A stretch of DNA of 60,043 nucleotides from assembly GCA_027604505.1 (NCBI GenBank), contig JADIIX010000006.1, positions 248,001 to 308,043 on the forward strand. Reading direction: 5' to 3'. The DNA comes from Gonapodya sp. JEL0774 (taxonomy: Eukaryota). The notes under the pieces are model-generated. The model had not been told where the DNA came from and did no database searches. It was given only the letters and a program-made list of their open reading frames with translations. Both the position numbers and the translations under genes were made by a program. This document shows positions 54,042 through 60,043 of this stretch, piece by piece. The first letter of the stretch is position 1; the number at the start of each line of letters is the position of its first letter.

Positions 54042-55084
54042 ATGTCGTCAACTGGACCTGCGCCCGCCCCCAAACCCAAGGATGTACCGAAAGCGCCGCC
54101 GACACCCGTCGTGAATCAGCCTGGCCCCGTCGTGCCGGTAGACCAGCAGTGAGCAGGAGTTCGCCTTACACAGAGCTTCAGATTTTCCTTGATTTTCAAC
54201 GAGTGCGATCGTCATACTTTTTACTGTGATCTGACGCTATGTTTTGTCATTGGCGGAATGGAATTGATGATTCTTGAACTCAATCGGAACTGCCAGTCGC
54301 GCCAACTGTGAGTTTGGAAAGAGCCCTCTTTCCCCAGATCGCTGATACTCGCTAACCCCTCCTCCTTTGAAAGTGGCTATTCTTGCCACATTCGGTGGCT
54401 TTGCGGGATTTTCCTCGGGTTATTTCATGAAGAAGGTCGGGCGACTGACAGTGATCTTTGCGGGGGGGATGCTCATCTTTCTGCAGTACTTGGGTGGGTT
54501 GTGCCATTGAAGATCGCTTCTCCTAATTCTGCCACAGAATTCATGACCTCGATGCTTTATTCGTCTTCCGCTACTTCCCAACGATAGCCCGCATTGGGTT
54601 CCTTGAAGTAAGTGTCCTATCGTGCAACAGCCGCACCTTCAAACAGAAATGAATATTCCCTCAGATCCACTGGGAAGTTATCAGTCGAGACTTTGAGAAG
54701 CAGCTGGACCTTAACAAAGGTATCACAGTCCCCGCTGCCCTCCTGTGCCACAAGCTTCTTTCCCATAACACAATGTCGTCTCACCACCACAGACGGCACA
54801 GTGGACACCAAAGATGTCCAACATGGAGTAACTTCGTTCGTGAAATGGATGTCCTACAAGGGGTTTCCTGCCACCGCTGGTGAGTCGTGCCGTTACGTTC
54901 ATGCTCTAGCCATGGTCCGTGAAACTGTTGTCGTCACTATTTCTTTGCGACCGGCCGTTGCTCGAATTCTCCAGGTTATACCGCGGGTCTCCTTGCGGGA
55001 TGGTGAGACCCTGCTTCCATTTCCCACTCAACAGTCCACTAGTGTCAACATTCCGTTCTATACTTCCTCAGGTATTCTGCGTAA
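54042..55084 (+). CDS. FUN14: FUN14/FUNDC family mitochondrial outer membrane protein, multi-exon
   Basis: FGGFAGFSSGYFMKKVGRL..FAGGMLIFLQYL, IHWEVI, QLDLNKDGTVDTKD, TA-GYTAGLLAG. Confidence 0.85.
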
Positions 55085-55245
55085 TCCCAATCCTGTGTTC
55101 ATGTCACGACCGGTCCTCTCGGCAAGAAGTTCTACGGCACGTCACAGATTACCGTTACGCTATAGGAACAAATGTACACATCACCACATGAATATTCATT
55201 CGTAATCATTTCTTCAGCCATTATTTCCTCATATCTCGTGCTCCG

Positions 55246-57299
55246 TTAGCCCAAGTGCTCAGACCGGAACCAAGGTTCGTTCCCTTTATATTCTGATGCA
55301 GGGCGCTTGTAAGGGATGTAAGGAGGTTCTTCATCATCGTAGAGGGGAACTACGACGCCGAGCTGGTGTCAAAGATGGGGATCGGAAATCAGCAGCGGGT
55401 CGGCACTTCGTCATCCTCCTACTGCAGCCTTTGTCCAAACCCACCTCGTAATTGTTCACGCGGACTTCCCGTTGCCCAGAGGCTTTAGATTTGACTACCG
55501 TGCCCCAAGCTGATTGGGAGCAATTATGGGAACTGAGGCGTGGTGTGTTAAGCATAACGTTCGAGTCCCATTTCGACATGATATCCATACCCACCCGTAG
55601 TAAACAAACCCTCTTACTCTCCCTTTGGCTGCTACTCTAGATGACTCTTGTGACGTCCCTGAGGCCTTTTCTTGTGGTGCAACCTTCCGCACTTCCTGTT
55701 CCACCACGACAACCTTTGCATGTGACACTGCGCCGCTCCTCGTGCTCACACTGTCCCTCATCACAGTCTTCGGAAAGCTTTCCGCATTGTACCATTTCCG
55801 TTCCAAACATATTGCTTCACATCCTTCGGGATACGACCCATTTCGTTTTGCGGAACTAATGGTGGAGAGTGTAGGAAAGAGAACACGAAAGAGAGGTGGT
55901 AAAGGGGAGCGCGAAGTAGCTGTAGGGAGTGTGCCCGAGCACGCGGAGTGAAAGAGATGGAGCCATGGAATCTTGAGAGCACCAAGGGACGACGTCTAGG
56001 AAATGTCAACCTGTCAATGTGGCAGAGTGAAGTCGGAAAGGCTTGGAGCATCGTAGAGCAGACCTGATATTCTACACTGTATCCGGCCTTCGGTGAAAAT
56101 CCTATCTTCTTCGCAACCGCGGCGAGCCGTCCGACTCCGCTGAATTCGATCCCATGGGAGTGAGATGGAATACTTCCTACAAGCTCGGCTTTTGCAGAGG
56201 TGAAATCGTACTCCCGTACCACGTCAACGAATTTGTGGACAGTGAGAACCTTCAAGTACTTGTGGAGATAGGTACCAAACGACGGGAGGGCTTCGTAGTT
56301 GGTGGACGGGTCGCGAGGAGGGAAGTCTTGTGCGAACACAACCTGGAATGGATCCACGAGGCGATTCAGAGCAAGTAAAGGTCATGCAGAGTGGGACGCT
56401 CACATTATCAACCGTCGACCAGTCCCGGTGGGTCAAATTTGCAGATGTAATCACAACACGAAGACAGTCCTGGAACACGAGTAGCATGAGCTTGACATGC
56501 ATGGTTCCAAAATTCTCAGGTACAGGAGGATAGAGGAATATTCGTCGAGGTGAAGCACCGACAATCCGAGGCTGATGAGTCGAAAATTATGTTCAGCTGT
56601 GGGGAATCTTGACCCGCAGAGTGTCCCTCACTTTATTGGGTTCGTGGACCACAAAGTAGGCCTCTGTCTCCATCTCCAACTTGTCAGCAATCCAATCGAC
56701 ACCCTTGAAACCGTGACCCCAATCGAATGAAGAAAACAATCCCTTTCGAAGCCTTTTCTATGAGTGTGAACAGGACATAGTTGAGGTAGAAAGTCTAGAA
56801 GGACAGAGCGCCACCTCTCACTGAGTCAATGAGCAAATCCAACCCAAGGTCACAAGAGTTGCATATGGTTGCCTCCCAAAACCGGGCGGTTGCACCAGTT
56901 ACAGAGGGTTTTAATCTCTTTGAATGGGATTCACATTCATCCGTTTCTTCTAACGCTCTTTTTCGAGTTCGTGCGATTCTTTCCTGCTCCAACATTGCTC
57001 GGTTTATTAAGAACGAACTGGTGGTTGTCAACTTGGCAGCCGACGAGAAAAGCGCATCTGGATTCAAATCTGATGAATCACGAGTCCCAGGCGAAGAACT
57101 AGAGCTGGCCTTTTTAAGCCGTGAAAGGTAAGAGATCTCTTCATATGATTCTTGGATCAGATGAGCTTTATACCTGAGTTCCATGATCCGCTATACTCAG
57201 TTCAATCGCTCTCTTGAGATCATCGTCGTCATCTGGATCGCTTCGCTTCGAGTCTTGAAGACTGAGCTCGATTGCAAGACGCAGTTCGTCGTCGTCCAT
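55246..57299 (-). CDS. TDP1: Tyrosyl-DNA phosphodiesterase 1 (PLD superfamily) with N-terminal UIM-like motifs, multi-exon
   Basis: GTMHVKLMLL..LRVVITSANL..DW, LVGSIP, SHAKVV, SHNCSQSAWG, VNNYE, terminal EPWF. The N-terminus is DDELRLAIELSL / DDLKRAIELSI. Confidence 0.9.
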
Positions 57300-57559
57300 T
57301 TTATTCTGATCTGATTTTCAAAGCTATTATCGTGTTCCTGAGTGCAACACCACAGCGGTCTTCGCAATTCTCAAAGATTTCACTCCTCAACTCTCCGTTC
57401 TGCAAAATCCTTTCCGATGTCTTTGGGTTTATCCATCAGAGCAAGCCCCATTCCAACTGTGAACGAAACACGTGGTGAGCGGGCCTATGTTCCGATTGAC
57501 CAACTTGACACAAACGAAACACCTACCGACTGTTTCTCTGAATCCGCCCTCATTTGGCG

Positions 57560-58314
57560 CCTTAGGATGTGGATGCGTGGGAGCCACCCATGTCCATTGT
57601 ATTGTAAGGAAGTGCGTGAGTGTTTGATCAGAGCGGGGTTGTCACCGTTTTTGCTCTCCCAAACTGTCGCCCCAATTCCACACGAGCATCAAGAGTATAC
57701 TTTATGGTAAGCATGGGCAGATCCTTCACCTCCTCGTTTGACATGTGATCTGGAAGTGCATTCATAATGAGATTCAGCTGACCACAAACATGGATTTGCG
57801 ATAACTCACGTTCAAGCTCACGGACGGCCTCCAGAAAGTTTCTCTTCACTATTTACAAAATTGGATCATTCAAAGCGATCTACTTCTGGTTGCTGGACAA
57901 GTGGGAGTCCACCAGAGCGAGGAACTCTTTGATTCTCAAGTGAGTGTTCCTGGTGTTCATGCTCAGTATGGTCCACCATATCTTTGGTGAGAAGTGAAGG
58001 GTAGAGCACAGTTTCCTCTGCAATGGAGTGCTGCGACACCCCGCGAATGTCATCTAGTGGTTGTAACATGTTGCTCCACGAGTCTCACACAAATCGCAAG
58101 AAGGAATCCTTATTCCTCACACTCATTGACCACACCACTTTTCTCGTGTTGATCCAGAGAGGCTTGGTATCGATTGTTCGCTCTTGAAACCAGCTGGGAA
58201 GCAAGAAGAAGTAACGGCAGAACCCATCAGCTGATTCCAGAGGAGCGAGGGAAAACTCAAGACACAAGTGTGGTCGGCTAAAAAAGCTTGCTCAATGGTC
58301 TCATTCTTCTTCAT
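57560..58314 (-). pseudogene. Hemerythrin/HHE cation-binding domain gene, probably degenerate
   Basis: LADH, VSQHSIAEETVLYP, DHTEHEHQ, DHMSNEEVKDLPML, ELGRQF. No canonical GT donor follows EHQ, and there is an early stop where a Pro-rich tail is expected. Confidence 0.6.
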
Positions 58315-59367
58315 CTTTCTTTACTCGAACTTCGAGTGCGCGGGGTGATGTAACTATTCCGCTGTTCTGTAAAAAACCATCTGGGACAACCCAAACATGA
58401 ACATGAAACAACAAGAAAACAAGAAATGGAATTAGCACAGGTATTTACGTGTTTATGAACAAGACAGGAAATGGAAAGGTGAAAACGTAACCCATCATCG
58501 TCTGAAAACCCAGTTCCCAGACTAGATGTCATTAAATGCATTTAAGAGAAATCATCATTCAGAAAATTTTGCATGTAATTTGAATATCTGCTCTTCATTG
58601 TATCTTGCAAAAATGGCCGTAAATGGGATGTAAATGTGTCGTTGACATTTGTATGACACTGCCAGCATTTAATTCAAAAACCATGGAATTCTTATAAATG
58701 GTTCTTTGGAGCAGCTGGTGACTCTATGACCACTTCTGACTGCTGGAAGCATCCAGAAATGCCGTGTGGGCGGTAATTCATATTTGCCCGTTTCTTTGAC
58801 ATAAGTATCTGCAGTTCCATCGGAGTCCCAATCAGCCAAGAGATGATGTTCCCTGTCGGGGGTTGGAAGAGAATTTCTCGAAGTGGGTGATGTTGTGTGA
58901 CACGACACCCAGAGTGTTGGAGCAGGCCAGAAGAACCTAGAACTACGTATGAGGATGTAGAAATAGTACCACGACAACGAAAACACTTATTTGCCCTTCT
59001 GGGCGTTCGGTTTGTAGGCGCAAAAGAAGTTTAGACAAAGAACACATAATCACATTCAATGAGCATGCGTGGCTTGTGGCGACTCCCTCAGGACGTTTCC
59101 TGAGTGAATGAGATATGGTGTAGATGTTCATACTTCTGTCCTTTGTTCTTTTTGTCGCGTTTTTCTTCACTTTTCCTCGTAATCGTATTCAGTGTCCCCC
59201 AGTACAAAGCCTAGTGATGTATGTGACATCACTGTCTCCTAATGTCCTCAGACCACATGACTCTTCATGTCTGCAACTAAAATATTGCACTCTCACTACT
59301 CTCATTTGAACGCGGAGCTAAATGTAAACTCAGATATAAAAATGAGATTTTTCAGAATGTCAAAAGT

Positions 59368-59521
59368 TCTGGTCTCAGGGTGACCAGGACCCTGTGTGAT
59401 GTCCCGTACTGGACTGGACTGGTAGATGTAGGACGGGGATCTGATGTATGTCTAGATCTTCCAATACATATATGACTACCTACAGGCATCTCAGGACTGT
59501 GGTCACCCCAGGTGCCCAGTA
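59368..59521. repeat. ~150-bp imperfect long hairpin / inverted repeat
   Basis: Nested complementary blocks: gggtgacca/tggtcaccc, ggtag/ctacc, atgta/tacat, ggggatct/agatcttc. Confidence 0.65.
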
Positions 59522-59687
59522 CACCACACTCCCCCTTCTTCTTTCAAGTGACGCCCTCGTCACTAAAAGCACGCAGTCACATACGAAAAGGACGTAACGC
59601 AATCGTACTGTACAGAAGTGTACAAAACACCCCGACCCATAAATGTAATCATCATAAACACATAACATGCAACTGTTCGGCGGTCTC

Positions 59688-60043
59688 TCACTCATCGTCG
59701 ACGGCCATGACTCCTTGAGTCACTTTCTCCCCCTTCCTCTTTCGGAGGGAGCCATGTTGCCCTTTCTTTAAATCAGAGCCACTAGGCTTCATACCACGAG
59801 GCCGTTTCGGCGGTCGAGTACATTGCGGTGGCGGATCATCAGTACCAACGCGCCCGAAGTACGCCGCACGGCGAATTTCCAACCGTGTATTCATATCCCG
59901 CTTGCGTTGCCCTCGAGTAAGAGCACGTCCATTTGGACCAGTTGGGTGACGGCGTTCATAATCATTCAACATAGCCTCTGCCAAAACGTTTTCCTCCTCA
60001 ATCCACTCAGGGACAGAGTAACCATTAAACTTCACATAGTACT
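59688..60043 (-). CDS. 3' end of an unidentified basic protein that begins outside the window
   Basis: An open frame of at least 115 aa running essentially to the window edge, with a K/R-rich NLS-like tail. Confidence 0.45.
   Translation of the reverse strand, partial: YYVKFNGYSVPEWIEEENVLAEAMLNDYERRHPTGPNGRALTRGQRKRDMNTRLEIRRAAYFGRVGTDDPPPQCTRPPKRPRGMKPSGSDLKKGQHGSLRKRKGEKVTQGVMAVDDE

Noticed and set aside
54149..54176. ttcgccttacacagag, resembling U5 snRNA loop I
   Set aside because: The invariant GCCUUUUAC loop is not matched, and the sequence lies just inside a FUN14 intron with no Sm site context.

Overview
Gene-dense, intron-rich eukaryotic DNA with GT-AG introns of about 50-250 bp and one 10-N assembly gap. 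It is most likely from a zoosporic (flagellated) fungus: a CFAP73/CCDC42-type axonemal gene sits among fungal-type Mid1, Rrn10 and DHA2 genes. The taxon is an inference. About 27 protein genes are recognisable, including RVB2, LIN1/CD2BP2, a DnaJ protein, MATE and MFS transporters, an SDR, DUF3445, an EBP-like protein, Mid1, a HAPSTR1-like protein, DsbA/GST-kappa, beta-carbonic anhydrase, PI31, a Pol delta-like polymerase, an SR/RRM protein, class III ADH, a 2OG-Fe(II) oxygenase, a bZIP factor, FUN14, TDP1 and a hemerythrin-like relic. Two signals stand out. (1) At 13.3-14.3 kb (- strand) is an intronless, GC-rich, frameshifted relic of a Fanzor (eukaryotic TnpB-like RNA-guided RuvC nuclease). 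It is followed by a G-tract spacer and a hairpin-forming segment that may be the omegaRNA scaffold and transposon end. (2) At 35.7-40.7 kb (- strand) is a divergent DNA polymerase delta paralog with intact polymerase motifs but all three proofreading-exonuclease motifs eroded. All family assignments come from motif recognition by eye, and exon boundaries are approximate.
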